Part shown: positions 8,911 to 18,233 of the stretch, piece after piece
Layout of the letters: each line of letters starts with the position of its first letter
Numbering within the stretch: position 1 is the stretch's first letter
Source: an uncultured Acidobacteriota bacterium
Lineage (GTDB): Bacteria > Acidobacteriota > Terriglobia > Acidiferrales > UBA7541
Assembly (NCBI GenBank): GCA_963825365.1
Contig: CAWGSV010000023.1
Location: 16,800-80,799, forward strand
Direction of reading: 5' to 3'
Length of the DNA stretch: 64,000 bases
Made by a program: the position numbers and the translations under genes
The notes under the pieces: generated by a model
Told to the model about the DNA's origin: nothing
The model's database searches: none
The model's input: the letters and a program-made list of their open reading frames with translations, nothing else

Positions 8911-10334
8911 TTCTCTCGCAACCTCGCGCCGCGAGAATACAAAATTAATCCCAGCATCACGGAAAGAGCGGTCCCAGCCACCAGCTTGGTTTCGAACAAT
9001 ACTTTGCTGGAGGCGTCGCCGGGCGGAATGAAGGACAGTACAATCGCTACTCCGACGACTAGAAGCCCAAGCCCTCCAGCCATGCACACTCCCACTCTTC
9101 CACCCGGGATCAGCACTGCCGAACGATTTTCTCGGCGGTCCGCTCGCGAGTACAACTTGATGGCAGCGGCATACATGTAAATAAACGGAATGAAGTAGAG
9201 GATGGTCGCCGCGTCCACCAGGATCTGGTAGGCGCCGCGCGTGTTTTCATTGATCTGAGCAATCAGCAAAATCACGCCGGATGCCGCAGCCTGCACCAGG
9301 ATTGAAATGTACGGCGTTTTCCAGCGCGGATGAATTTTTCCGAACGCCGCCGGCAGATAGCGATCGATGCCCACGATGAACGGAATGCGTGCGACCCCCG
9401 CCACCGTGGAGCCAACGCCGCCCGCATTTCCCACGGTCACGAGCAGAGCGGCAATCACACCGACCGCCGCCATCCGCAAAACGGTTGAGCCTTCGGTAAT
9501 GGCTTGAAATACTCCGCTCTTCGGATCGACCGTCTCGCTGGGCAGCATCATCAGCACGGCCACGGTTCCCGCGATGTACATCAGCGCGATCAACGCGCCA
9601 GACGCAAAAATCGCGCGCGGAAATGTGCGCTGGGGATTTTTCACTTCCTCGCTCATGGCCGAAACCAGTTCCAGCCCGGCAAAAGCGAAGGCCAGCTGCG
9701 GCCAGAAATTCACTGTGTCCCAATCCCAATGCGGCATCGTGGCCGCCAGGGTGAAGTGCGTCAGCGAGCCGTGCCGCGACCACAGCAGCAGCGCCACGCC
9801 CACGATCATCATCAGCGGAAGATAGGTGCCCACACCGCCCGCGTTCTGCAGCCACTTTCCGATGTGCAGCCCGATAATGTTCAACCACACGGCCACTACC
9901 AGCATCACCAGCGATCCGCCCAGCAAGAATGCGCGATTCTGCGCCAGCCACGCGCTGCCCGCGCCCCCCACATAGGCGGACATGGCGGCGCTGGCCAGCA
10001 GCAATCCCGGGAAATAAAAAACCGTGTAGATCCAGTATGTCCATCCCGCGACGAATCCGTGAAAATCGCCGAACGCCATTTTCGTCCAGACGTACAGCCC
10101 GCCCTCTTCCGGAAATCGCGTGGAGAGCTCAACGACAATATATGTAGTGGGAACAAAGAACAGCAGGGCCGCCAAAATCCAAAGGCTGATGGAGGATTGC
10201 CCGTTGCGCGCGGCCGCGGCAATCCAGCGCGGCCCAAGCACAGTAGCAATGCAAAACAACAGCACGTCCCAGAATCCCATCACGCGCCGCAACTGCTGTT
10301 TGGCGCTAGGGGAGTCCGGCACCGCGTCGCTCAC
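8907..10334 (-). CDS. APC-family amino acid permease
   Basis: 475 aa polytopic membrane protein with an N-terminus and TM pattern typical of APC transporters. GTG start overlaps the upstream stop (GTGA). Confidence 0.8.
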   Translation of the reverse strand: MSDAVPDSPSAKQQLRRVMGFWDVLLFCIATVLGPRWIAAAARNGQSSISLWILAALLFFVPTTYIVVELSTRFPEEGGLYVWTKMAFGDFHGFVAGWTYWIYTVFYFPGLLLASAAMSAYVGGAGSAWLAQNRAFLLGGSLVMLVVAVWLNIIGLHIGKWLQNAGGVGTYLPLMMIVGVALLLWSRHGSLTHFTLAATMPHWDWDTVNFWPQLAFAFAGLELVSAMSEEVKNPQRTFPRAIFASGALIALMYIAGTVAVLMMLPSETVDPKSGVFQAITEGSTVLRMAAVGVIAALLVTVGNAGGVGSTVAGVARIPFIVGIDRYLPAAFGKIHPRWKTPYISILVQAAASGVILLIAQINENTRGAYQILVDAATILYFIPFIYMYAAAIKLYSRADRRENRSAVLIPGGRVGVCMAGGLGLLVVGVAIVLSFIPPGDASSKVLFETKLVAGTALSVMLGLILYSRGARLREK

Positions 10335-11131
10335 AAAGTCACATCCAATTCGGGGGTGAGTTCATCTTGGCGCAGGAAATTGCGGAGGAAAGGCTCGGGC
10401 GCAGCTACGAAACCTGCCCACGGGCCGAAATAAGCCGCGCGGCCTTCGTGCAAAAAAACGACGCGGTCGGCGAGTTTCTTTGCCAGGTGCGTATCGTGCG
10501 TGACCACCACCGATGTCTTGTGGAATTTTTCCTTCAACCGCAGTATCAGGTCGCCGGTATGCGCGGCCATCAGCGGATCGACCATGGTGGTTGGTTCGTC
10601 GTACAGAATCGCTTCAGGGTCTTGCGCTAGCGCCCGGGCGATGGCCACGGCGCGTTTCGTCCCTGTGCTGAGTTCCGATGGAAGCGTGTCCGCGACTTGG
10701 CTGACCTCCAGCATTGCGGCCAGCTCCGCGACGCGCGCCACTTTTTGTTCCTCGCTGAGGTCCTCTCGATTTTCAAGAGGGAAGGCGATATTTTCCGACA
10801 CGGTCAGGGAATCAAACAGCGCGCCGGATTGAAAAACCATGGTGACGCGCCGGCGAATTTCTGTCAGATGGTCTTCCGTCCAATCCGTGATGTCCTGGCC
10901 GCCCACCAGTATGCGGCCGGAATCCGCGTGCAAAAATCCCAGGATGAGTTTGAGAGTTACGGACTTCCCCACGCCACTGCGCCCCATGATCACGCAGGTT
11001 TCCCCGTGGTCGACGAAAAAACTGACGTCATCGAGCACCAGGTGGTCGTCAAAGGCCTTGCTGACGTTGCGGAATTCGATGAAGTGGCTGGTCGATGCCG
11101 CCTGCGCCTGCTGTGGGATTCGCTCGCCCAT
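10331..11131 (-). CDS. ABC transporter ATP-binding protein (MlaF-like) with deviant signature motif
   Basis: Walker A GRSGVGKSV, Walker B ILYDEPTT, H-loop VTHD. The signature is LSTGT instead of LSGGQ/M. Confidence 0.8.
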   Translation of the reverse strand: MGERIPQQAQAASTSHFIEFRNVSKAFDDHLVLDDVSFFVDHGETCVIMGRSGVGKSVTLKLILGFLHADSGRILVGGQDITDWTEDHLTEIRRRVTMVFQSGALFDSLTVSENIAFPLENREDLSEEQKVARVAELAAMLEVSQVADTLPSELSTGTKRAVAIARALAQDPEAILYDEPTTMVDPLMAAHTGDLILRLKEKFHKTSVVVTHDTHLAKKLADRVVFLHEGRAAYFGPWAGFVAAPEPFLRNFLRQDELTPELDVTL

Positions 11132-11231
11132 GTTCGCTGGCTATTGTTGATGAGGCCGCGCGCGGAAGCAAACCAAATGTTTTGGCAACGCGGGTTTGAA
11201 GCATGAGCCACTTACCGGGGAAACAAATCCA

Positions 11232-12998
11232 TCAAACTTCAACGAGGACAGTGCTGAGTCGGATTTTCCCGGCGCGAACGGCGCGATCGAGGGCGTCCAC
11301 AACTGCAGCGTCGAACTTGGTATTGGCCAGGCTGATGATGCGGTTCATGGCGAATTCCAGGTCCATGGCGGTCTGGTAAGGGCGGTTAGTGGTCATTGCG
11401 TCCAGCGTATCGGCGACGGCGATGATGCGCGCCATCAGGGGGATTTCGTCACCCTGAATGCCGTGCGGATAGCCGCCGCCGTCGACGTGCTCGTGGTGCA
11501 ATTCGATGCCCGGCAGCATATCCTTGAGCTGCGCGACAGGCCGCATGATGTTCGCGCCCTTCAGGGGATGTTGCTTCATCAAAGCGAATTCTTCCGTAGT
11601 CAACGCGCCGGGCTTTTTCAGCACGCGGTCATCGACTCCAATTTTTCCGACGTCGTGCAATAGCGCTGAAATGCGAATTTTTTCGAGTTCAGCCGCTTGC
11701 AACCCCAGCTGTTGCGCGATGATGATGGAATATTTGGCCACGCGCCCGGAATGGCCGCGCGTATAGGGATCTTTTTCGTCGATGGCCGCGGCGAGCATGC
11801 GGATCGAGCCGAGGAAGAGCTCATGGTTCTGGTCGGCGGCCTTCCTGAGCTGCTCGATGAACTCCTCAATATCGCCGGCCATATGATTGAAGGTTTCGGC
11901 CAACTCGCTGATTTCGGCCGCGCCCTGGACCGGAGTTCTCTGATGGAACTCTCCGCGGCTGATGGCCAGCGTGGATGCGGCCAGCGCCCGGATCGGCGTG
12001 CTGATGCCAACGGCAAAGAAATATCCCAGGATCAGCGCCGCAAACGTGACCACGATTACAAACTTGAGTGCCTGTGCGTTGAGCTCCTTGACGCCGGCAT
12101 CCTCGCGCGCCTTGTCCACCCCGCGCTGCGCCACTACCGCCCAATTCAGATCTGGAATGGTGCTGTAAGTACCGACCATTTCCGCCTTGCTTCCATCCTC
12201 CGTGGTTTCGAAACGGCGAAGCGTTTCGGTGGTGCGCAGCCCTTTGGGCAACTCGGTTACTTGCATGACCACGGGCGAAGTGGGTTTGGCATCCGAGCCG
12301 GGCACAAACTGCCGCATGTCCGGATGGGCCACGATGTGTCCGGTATGGTCCACCACAAACACCACACGGCCCCGCACACTGGTTTCCTGCAGCCGTCGCA
12401 GAATTCCATCCAGCGACACCACGGCCGCAAGCATTCCGGAAAATTGCTCGTTCACTTGCAGTGGCACGGCCATTACGAATGCGGGGCGATTCTCGGGGCC
12501 GATTGCAAGAGGGTCGCTGCGAAACACGAGGGATTGTATGGTAGTCGAGAAGGCCCGCTGCAGAGCCTTGGCTACAAAGGGGTCCTGATTGGGCTGAAAA
12601 TTGCCTGCCCCGCTGCCCTTGGCCTCCTTGCCCACCGCGGTCAGGTACAAAATGTTTGGATTGCTGGCCACGAAATTTTCGAGCACTCGGGTCACTTGCG
12701 GGGCGTTCTGCACGCTGTCGACTTTATCGATCAAGCCCGTAAGCGCAAGAATCTGGCGTTCGCTGATGAGTTGCTGGTATAGATTTCCGTCAAATTGCTG
12801 AATCTCTTCGCCCAGGGACCGGGTTACCTCAGTCTGCTGGATACTCTCCGTATCCGTAAGCTTTGTCTGGCTCAGTTGCAGAACCTGGCGGTGATAAAGC
12901 GCCAAGGGCAACACGCTGACCAGCAGCATGGCGCCGAGCACCAGCCACAGAATTCGCGGCCGGTGGGAGAACACCGATTTGAAGCCACTGAGGTTCAA
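11232..12998 (-). CDS. HD-GYP domain c-di-GMP phosphodiesterase with periplasmic Cache-like sensor and HAMP
   Basis: N-terminal TM, extracytoplasmic region, second TM, HAMP (PIRALAASTLAISRGEF), then HDVGK...HHEHVDGGGYPHG (HD-GYP). Confidence 0.85.
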   Translation of the reverse strand: MNLSGFKSVFSHRPRILWLVLGAMLLVSVLPLALYHRQVLQLSQTKLTDTESIQQTEVTRSLGEEIQQFDGNLYQQLISERQILALTGLIDKVDSVQNAPQVTRVLENFVASNPNILYLTAVGKEAKGSGAGNFQPNQDPFVAKALQRAFSTTIQSLVFRSDPLAIGPENRPAFVMAVPLQVNEQFSGMLAAVVSLDGILRRLQETSVRGRVVFVVDHTGHIVAHPDMRQFVPGSDAKPTSPVVMQVTELPKGLRTTETLRRFETTEDGSKAEMVGTYSTIPDLNWAVVAQRGVDKAREDAGVKELNAQALKFVIVVTFAALILGYFFAVGISTPIRALAASTLAISRGEFHQRTPVQGAAEISELAETFNHMAGDIEEFIEQLRKAADQNHELFLGSIRMLAAAIDEKDPYTRGHSGRVAKYSIIIAQQLGLQAAELEKIRISALLHDVGKIGVDDRVLKKPGALTTEEFALMKQHPLKGANIMRPVAQLKDMLPGIELHHEHVDGGGYPHGIQGDEIPLMARIIAVADTLDAMTTNRPYQTAMDLEFAMNRIISLANTKFDAAVVDALDRAVRAGKIRLSTVLVEV

Positions 12999-13114
12999 AG
13001 TAGGCGGGTCCTATCACTTGTATTTTACGGCTTTGGCAAGGCAAGCAGAAGCGCGGAAACCCGCGCTGCTACGCATGAATTACGAGGGTGGGTAGGACGT
13101 GTTGAGTGGGCAAG

Positions 13115-14119
13115 TTACTCTTGTCTTAGGCGGCGCTCCATCAGGTCGCGGATAGCATCGTGCGTAACTCGGCCCGCAGTGAGCACGGAGTGGACCTGTT
13201 CCGTTATGGGCATTTCGATGTTTGCGCGCTGCGCCAGCTCCAATGTGGCAGCGGCGCTCCCCACGCCCTCGGCAATCCTGCGCGTTGAACCCAATATTTC
13301 CGTAAGCTCGCGGCCTTTGCCGAGCTGAATGCCCACGGCGCGGTTGCGGCTGAGTTCGCCCGTGGCTGTGAGGATGAGGTCGCCCACGCCCGCCAGGCCG
13401 GAAAGCGTTTCGCGGCGGCCGCCCAGGGCTACGGCAAGGCGCGTCATTTCTGCGAGCCCCCGAGTAACCAGCGCCGCCACGGCATTGGTGCCCAACTCCA
13501 GGCCCGTGCAAATGCCTGCTGCGATGGCGACCACGTTTTTCACTGCTCCGGCAATTTCCGTGCCGATCACGTCATCGTTGGTGTACAGGCGAAATCGCGG
13601 GCCGGAGAATTCTTCCTGGACTTCGGCCGCGAGCTTGGCATCGGCCGTGGCCAGAACAATTGCCGTGGGATCTCCGGCGGCGACTTCCTGAGCGAAGCTC
13701 GGGCCGGAGAGAACGGCCACCCGCGAAGAAGGGGCTAAGCCCATTTCTTCCGCGACGATCTGGCTGATGCGCGCGTGCGTGCCAGGTTCGAGGCCCTTGG
13801 TGGCGCTGACAAAAACGGCGAGCGGCCCGACGTGCGGACACATTGCACGATAAATTTCGCGCGCATGCGCCGAGGGCATCACGCCCAGCACGATGTCCGC
13901 CCCGGCAAGCGCATTTTTGAGATCGCCCGTGATTTCGATGTCGGCGGAAAGTTCAAAGCCGGAAAGATAAATCTCGTTAATTCGGCGCGCGTTGAGCGTT
14001 TCGACCACGTCGGCGCTATGCGCCCAAAGAGACAAGCGATGCTCGCGCGAGGATCGCGTCAGCGCAATGGCCAGCGCCGTCCCCCAGGCTCCTCCCCCGA
14101 TGATGGCAATTTTTTTCAA
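13115..14119 (-). CDS. gpsA: NAD(P)H-dependent glycerol-3-phosphate dehydrogenase
   Basis: MKKIAIIGGGAWGTALA Rossmann N-terminus and GpsA-typical core. TTG start. Confidence 0.9.
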   Translation of the reverse strand: MKKIAIIGGGAWGTALAIALTRSSREHRLSLWAHSADVVETLNARRINEIYLSGFELSADIEITGDLKNALAGADIVLGVMPSAHAREIYRAMCPHVGPLAVFVSATKGLEPGTHARISQIVAEEMGLAPSSRVAVLSGPSFAQEVAAGDPTAIVLATADAKLAAEVQEEFSGPRFRLYTNDDVIGTEIAGAVKNVVAIAAGICTGLELGTNAVAALVTRGLAEMTRLAVALGGRRETLSGLAGVGDLILTATGELSRNRAVGIQLGKGRELTEILGSTRRIAEGVGSAAATLELAQRANIEMPITEQVHSVLTAGRVTHDAIRDLMERRLRQE

Positions 14120-14156
14120 GATTCAATCTGCCTTCGTCACCACTTCACGTCTCTCC

Positions 14157-14216
14157 CGCAAATCGCAAATCGCAAATCGCAAATCGCAAATCGCAAATCG
14201 CAAATCGCAAATCGCA
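14157..14216. repeat. tandem heptanucleotide repeat (AATCGCA) x8 plus partial unit
   Basis: Direct reading: cgca followed by eight perfect aatcgca units, 38 nt upstream of the gpsA TTG start and abutting the MITE-like element at 14217. Confidence 0.95.
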
Positions 14217-14345
14217 AGAAGCCATCTCATTAATAATCTTTGTAGGTCGCGGCTTTAGCCGCGCCGTTCAGATCTCTGAAATCAAGGGCTTTAGCCCTGA
14301 CGGCTGATCGACTTCGCTGACTGGCCATTTATGAAATGGCTTCTA
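14217..14345. repeat. MITE-like element, second copy
   Basis: AGAAGCCATCTC ... GAAATGGCTTCT termini and the same internal sequence as 7341-7471. Confidence 0.85.
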
Positions 14346-14353
14346 ATCACAAT

Positions 14354-15004
14354 TTACGAATCACTATCCTTGCGGCCCATCTCGAACTTCGGCTCAGTGC
14401 CCGCAAGGAGCCGTTCGATATTGTCGCGATGTTTTGCGATCACCAAAACAGAAGCCAGCAGCGTGCACACCGAAACGGCTGTTGGCGGCGCATGGCCCGG
14501 CGCGTAGAGCAGGTACACCAGCAGAGGCAAGGCCGCAGCTGCCGAAATGGATGCCAGGGATACGTACCTGTAAAAAAGCGCGACGAGCAGAAATAGGAAG
14601 ACTGCGGCTGCAGCGGCTGTCCAGCAGATGGCTATAAAAACGCCCAGCGCCGGTGCTACTCCTTTGCCTCCCTTAAACTGAAGCCATACGGGAAAAACGT
14701 GTCCCAAAATTGCCGCCAGTCCGGCGAACATCATGATGCGAATACTTCCGCCGGAAAAATGGCCCGAGAGCCAGACGGCCAGGAACCCCTTCGCGGCGTC
14801 CATGAATAAAGTGGCCACGCCCACGGACCAGCCCGACGTTCGCGCTACGTTGGTGGCGCCAATGTTTCCACTGCCCACGTAGCGAATGTCGCCGCCGCCC
14901 GTGGCGCGCACAAGGATATAGCCGAACGGGATGGAGCCCAGGAAATATCCCAGCACCACCAATCCCCAGAGGGTTGCTGCCGTGGTTGAAACTTCCAGAT
15001 TCAC
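14354..15004 (-). CDS. plsY: glycerol-3-phosphate acyltransferase PlsY
   Basis: GSIPFGYILVRATGGGDIRYVGSGNIGATNVART and a multi-TM profile. GTG start overlaps the thpR stop (GTGA). Confidence 0.9.
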   Translation of the reverse strand: MNLEVSTTAATLWGLVVLGYFLGSIPFGYILVRATGGGDIRYVGSGNIGATNVARTSGWSVGVATLFMDAAKGFLAVWLSGHFSGGSIRIMMFAGLAAILGHVFPVWLQFKGGKGVAPALGVFIAICWTAAAAAVFLFLLVALFYRYVSLASISAAAALPLLVYLLYAPGHAPPTAVSVCTLLASVLVIAKHRDNIERLLAGTEPKFEMGRKDSDS

Positions 15005-15568
15005 TCGGGTTTGCTCCCCGCCAGCGAAAAAGTTGCCAGCCGAGTATATTCCGCTCCGCCCGGTTTCAAAACGCTTTGATAGAGATGGAATTCCTGAGCG
15101 GTGGTGCGGCCAAAGGAAAGGCGGCCGGCGCTTTTGACGGCGTCATGAAACGCTTGGAGGATGCGCGGCGATTCCAGTCGCGCCAGCGTGAGATGCGCTG
15201 TGAATTCGCGCTCCTCGCGCGCGAGGCCCAGCGCCGCGAGCGCCGCATTGACTTCATCGGCTAGTGTCGGCGAGTTCCGTGCCGCCTTTTACCCCGGCCC
15301 AGAGAACCTGTGGGCGGCGCTCATCCGGGAAAAATCCCAAGCCGCGAAAAGTTATGGAGATAGGAGGGCGGGGAGGAATCGACGCGAGCTCAGCCTGAAT
15401 CGCTTCGCATATTTCCGGCGAAGTCTCGCCGATAAATTTCAGCGTGACGTGCAGGTTTTCGATTCGCACCCAGCGCGCGTTTCGGCACGCCGGGCGCAGC
15501 TTGGCAACAAGCCCCGCGATGGCGGATCGCACGTCTTCAGGAATGTCAATGGCGACGAAGAGGCGCAT
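15001..15568 (-). pseudogene. thpR: RNA 2',3'-cyclic phosphodiesterase ThpR/LigT, one frame break (possible assembly indel)
   Basis: N-terminal half MRLFVAIDIP...NLHVTLKFIG (first HxTx motif). After a +1 shift near 15265-15290, manual translation continues LADEVNAALAALGLAREEREFTAHLTLARL...FHLYQSVLKPGGAEYTRL (second HxTx motif), ending TGA 15003-15001. Confidence 0.8.
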
Positions 15569-15586
15569 TAGTTGAGTTCTGTAAAG

Positions 15587-15799
15587 GTGGCACGGGCTTC
15601 GAGCCTGCGGAAAAACACCAAAGCTTTTTGTCATTCCGAGCGGAGCGAGGAATCTCTCTTTCTTTCTGCGAGTTAAACCACGGAGAGATTCCTCGCTCCG
15701 CTCGGAATGACAAAATTAATTACTTTTTTCGCAGCCTGTTCAGCCTGCGGATTTTTGTCCTTGCAAAAATTAAAACCCACAGGCTGAAGCCTATGCCAC
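15587..15799. repeat. composite repeat cluster: REP arms flanking a GTCATTCCGAGCGGAGCGAGGAATCTCTC hairpin element (15626-15715)
   Basis: GTGGCACGGGCTTCGAGCCTGCGG (15587-15610). 90-bp inverted repeat TTTTGTCATTCCGAGCGGAGCGAGGAATCTCTC...GAGAGATTCCTCGCTCCGCTCGGAATGACAAAA. Then CGCAGCCTGTTCAGCCTGCGG...CCCACAGGCTGAAGCCTATGCCAC. Confidence 0.85.
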
Positions 15800-15805
15800 G
15801 AAACC

Positions 15806-17065
15806 TCATGCTCCAGATTTTGGCTGCGCGGCGTACAGAAAATATCGGCGCACCAGGTCCAGCGCCGTTTGCGAGGCTTGCCAGCGGATGCGGTCGCGTT
15901 CGCCGGGATAGTGAACGCCACGTTCCTTGCTGCCCGATGCGTCGGCGATGGCCACGTGCACCGTGCCAACAGGTTTTTCCGGTGTGCCGCCGGTGGGGCC
16001 CGCCACGCCTGTTATGCCAACGCCCAGTGTTGCTCCGGTGCGGCGGCGGATTCCGTCGGCCAGCGCAATGGCAACTTCGCTGCTGACGGCGCCGCGCGAC
16101 TCGATAATTTCCGCGGGCACATCCACCCACGCGGATTTCAGCGTGTTGCTGTAGGACACCACGCCGCCCAGAAAATAGGCCGAGCTTCCCGAAATGCGCG
16201 TGAGCCGCTCGGCCAGCAGGCCGCCCGTGCAGCTTTCCGCCGTGGCAATTGTGGCCTGATGCATGGTGAGTTCGCGGGCCACCACTTCTTCCATGGATTC
16301 GCCCGCGGTGGTGAACACCGTTTCTCCCAGCGCGAGCACGATGCTTTCCTGAATGCCCTGCAGCTGGCGCTCGGCGGCGGCCGTGTCCGTGGACCATGCG
16401 CGCAGGTGAATTTGAATTTCGCCCGGCGCGGTGAGGATGGTGGTTTGCACGTCGCTGTGACGCGTATAAATCGGCGCGATGCGCTGATCGACGTCGGACT
16501 CGCCCATTCCCGCGACGCGAAGCTCGCGCGCCACCAGGCGCACTCCTGTCGACAGGCGCGTGAGTCGCGGCGCAACTTGCACGGTGTACATAGCTTTTAA
16601 TTCGTGCGGCGGGCCGGGCAGCAGAATGATGATGCGGCCGCCCGCTTCGAGCCATAGTCCCGGCGCCGTGCCGCGGTCGTTGTCCAGAACGATGGCGCCT
16701 TCGGGAACCATGGCCTGGCGCGCGTTCACTTCGGACATGGTGCGGCCGAGTTGGCGAAAGCGCGCTTCGATCTTGCCCATCACGGCGGGATCGCGCGAAA
16801 GTTTTCGCCCCAGCAGATCGGCCACGGCGTCGCGCGTGCGATCGTCTTCCGTGGGACCCAGGCCTCCGCTGGCAATAATAAGCTCGACGCGCTTGGCTGC
16901 TTCTTCAAAGGCGTTGCGCAGCGGAGCGAGATCGTCGCCCACCACCGTCTTGCGCGTGACCTCGATGCCCAGCCGATTGAGCTGCGCCGTGAGGAACAGG
17001 GAATTGGTGTCCACCCGATCCGGGGTCAACAGTTCCGATCCAACTGCGATGATTTCAGCTTTCAT
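15806..17065 (-). CDS. cinA: competence/damage-inducible protein CinA (MoCF-binding domain plus nicotinamide-nucleotide amidase)
   Basis: MKAEIIAVGSELLTPDRVDTNS... N-terminal CinA domain and C-terminal PncC-like ATAESCTGGLLA. Confidence 0.9.
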   Translation of the reverse strand: MKAEIIAVGSELLTPDRVDTNSLFLTAQLNRLGIEVTRKTVVGDDLAPLRNAFEEAAKRVELIIASGGLGPTEDDRTRDAVADLLGRKLSRDPAVMGKIEARFRQLGRTMSEVNARQAMVPEGAIVLDNDRGTAPGLWLEAGGRIIILLPGPPHELKAMYTVQVAPRLTRLSTGVRLVARELRVAGMGESDVDQRIAPIYTRHSDVQTTILTAPGEIQIHLRAWSTDTAAAERQLQGIQESIVLALGETVFTTAGESMEEVVARELTMHQATIATAESCTGGLLAERLTRISGSSAYFLGGVVSYSNTLKSAWVDVPAEIIESRGAVSSEVAIALADGIRRRTGATLGVGITGVAGPTGGTPEKPVGTVHVAIADASGSKERGVHYPGERDRIRWQASQTALDLVRRYFLYAAQPKSGA

Positions 17066-17073
17066 TTTTTAGG

Positions 17074-18099
17074 TTAGCGCGGAAGCGGGAGGCCTTCCAC
17101 ATCCCAATCAACGCTGAAGAGCGCGCCTGTCGTGGCCAGAATGGCGCGATGGCCGGGCATCAGCGCCAAGCCCACCAGCCCACTGCCGCCGAGAACCAGT
17201 TCGGCGCGGGCATCCTGCGAAATTCGCACGATGCCGCGGCGGCCCTGATAGGACGCCGCCACGTAGAGATTGCCCTTGCGGTCAAAGGCAAGGCCCTGCG
17301 GTCGGCCAAGCCCGCGGAAGAAGGTGCTGACTTCGCCCTTCTGATTGATGTGCAGCACGCGGTCGTAGCTCGAAGTGGTCGGTCCGGTTACATACAGGTC
17401 GCCGGTGGGGCTGAACGCCAGGTGATACGCGGCCACGGACGGTTCGATGGTGGCGAAGACAAAAATCTGGCGCTCGGGATTGATCTTGAAAATTGTGCCG
17501 CTGCGGTCTCCCACGAACAAATTGCCGATTGTGTCGAAGGCGATTCCCGTGGCCACGCCCATGCCTTCCACCCAAAGCTGCGAGCGGCCATCCGGCGCGA
17601 CCCGGTGGATGGTGCCATCGTCGCGGCAAGAAACGTAAAGATAGCGATCGCGGTCAAGCGCAAGGCCCGTGGGATTCACGAGCTCGGTGACGAAGGGCTT
17701 CACTTCATAGTTGGGCGTGATCTTGTAAAGCGAAACGGCCACTTTCTGTCCGCGATGGCCGCTATAGGTGACGTAAATGTTTCCCTCGACGTCCACTGCC
17801 GGGTTTGCCACGGGGTGAAGATTGTCGGCGATCTGCACGCCCAGGTGAAATGCGTAAGGCTGGCTGGCGGCGCGCGAAGTTTCCACGCTCACGATGCCGT
17901 TCGCCGCGCCTTCGGGCACGCGCGCAATCATGTAGTTTTGCGTGGAAATCAGAAGGCTTGCTTCGGTTTCGCCAAAGCGCACGTGCGGCCTCGAGTTTGG
18001 GCGCGGAACGAAACCCTCGCCGTAAATCGTGACGTCGCCGCCGGGTATGCCTGCACTCGGCTGAATGCGATCGATGCGCGGTGTGCCGTTGGTTTCCAA
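17074..18099 (-). CDS. IPT/TIG domain plus NHL/SMP-30-like beta-propeller protein
   Basis: IDRIQPSAGIPGGDVTIYGEGF (IPT/TIG), followed by repeated GLAxD..G.LYV propeller blades. Confidence 0.65.
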   Translation of the reverse strand: METNGTPRIDRIQPSAGIPGGDVTIYGEGFVPRPNSRPHVRFGETEASLLISTQNYMIARVPEGAANGIVSVETSRAASQPYAFHLGVQIADNLHPVANPAVDVEGNIYVTYSGHRGQKVAVSLYKITPNYEVKPFVTELVNPTGLALDRDRYLYVSCRDDGTIHRVAPDGRSQLWVEGMGVATGIAFDTIGNLFVGDRSGTIFKINPERQIFVFATIEPSVAAYHLAFSPTGDLYVTGPTTSSYDRVLHINQKGEVSTFFRGLGRPQGLAFDRKGNLYVAASYQGRRGIVRISQDARAELVLGGSGLVGLALMPGHRAILATTGALFSVDWDVEGLPLPR

Positions 18100-18161
18100 A
18101 GTTAGTTCTCAGTCTGACGTAAAACGTTTCTTGAAAAAGGCGGTGTCGAAGCCATCTTATT

Positions 18162-18226
18162 GTAGCGCCCGCCTTCAGGCGGGCATTTCAGTCTCAAGCA
18201 AATGCTCGCCTGAAGGCGAGCGCTAC
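18162..18226. repeat. REPIN-like palindrome, subfamily D (GTAGCGCCCGCCTTCAGGCGGGC)
   Basis: GTAGCGCCCGCCTTCAGGCGGGCA ... GCTCGCCTGAAGGCGAGCGCTAC. Confidence 0.85.
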
Positions 18227-18233
18227 AAAATTC

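Noticed and set aside
14120-14353. Heptamer repeat translated as QIANRKSQIANRK (ORFs 13775-14233 and 13992-14258) as a repeat protein
   Set aside because: The unit is 7 bp, not a multiple of 3. The ORFs are antisense extensions of gpsA, with no start context. It was treated as a noncoding tandem repeat.
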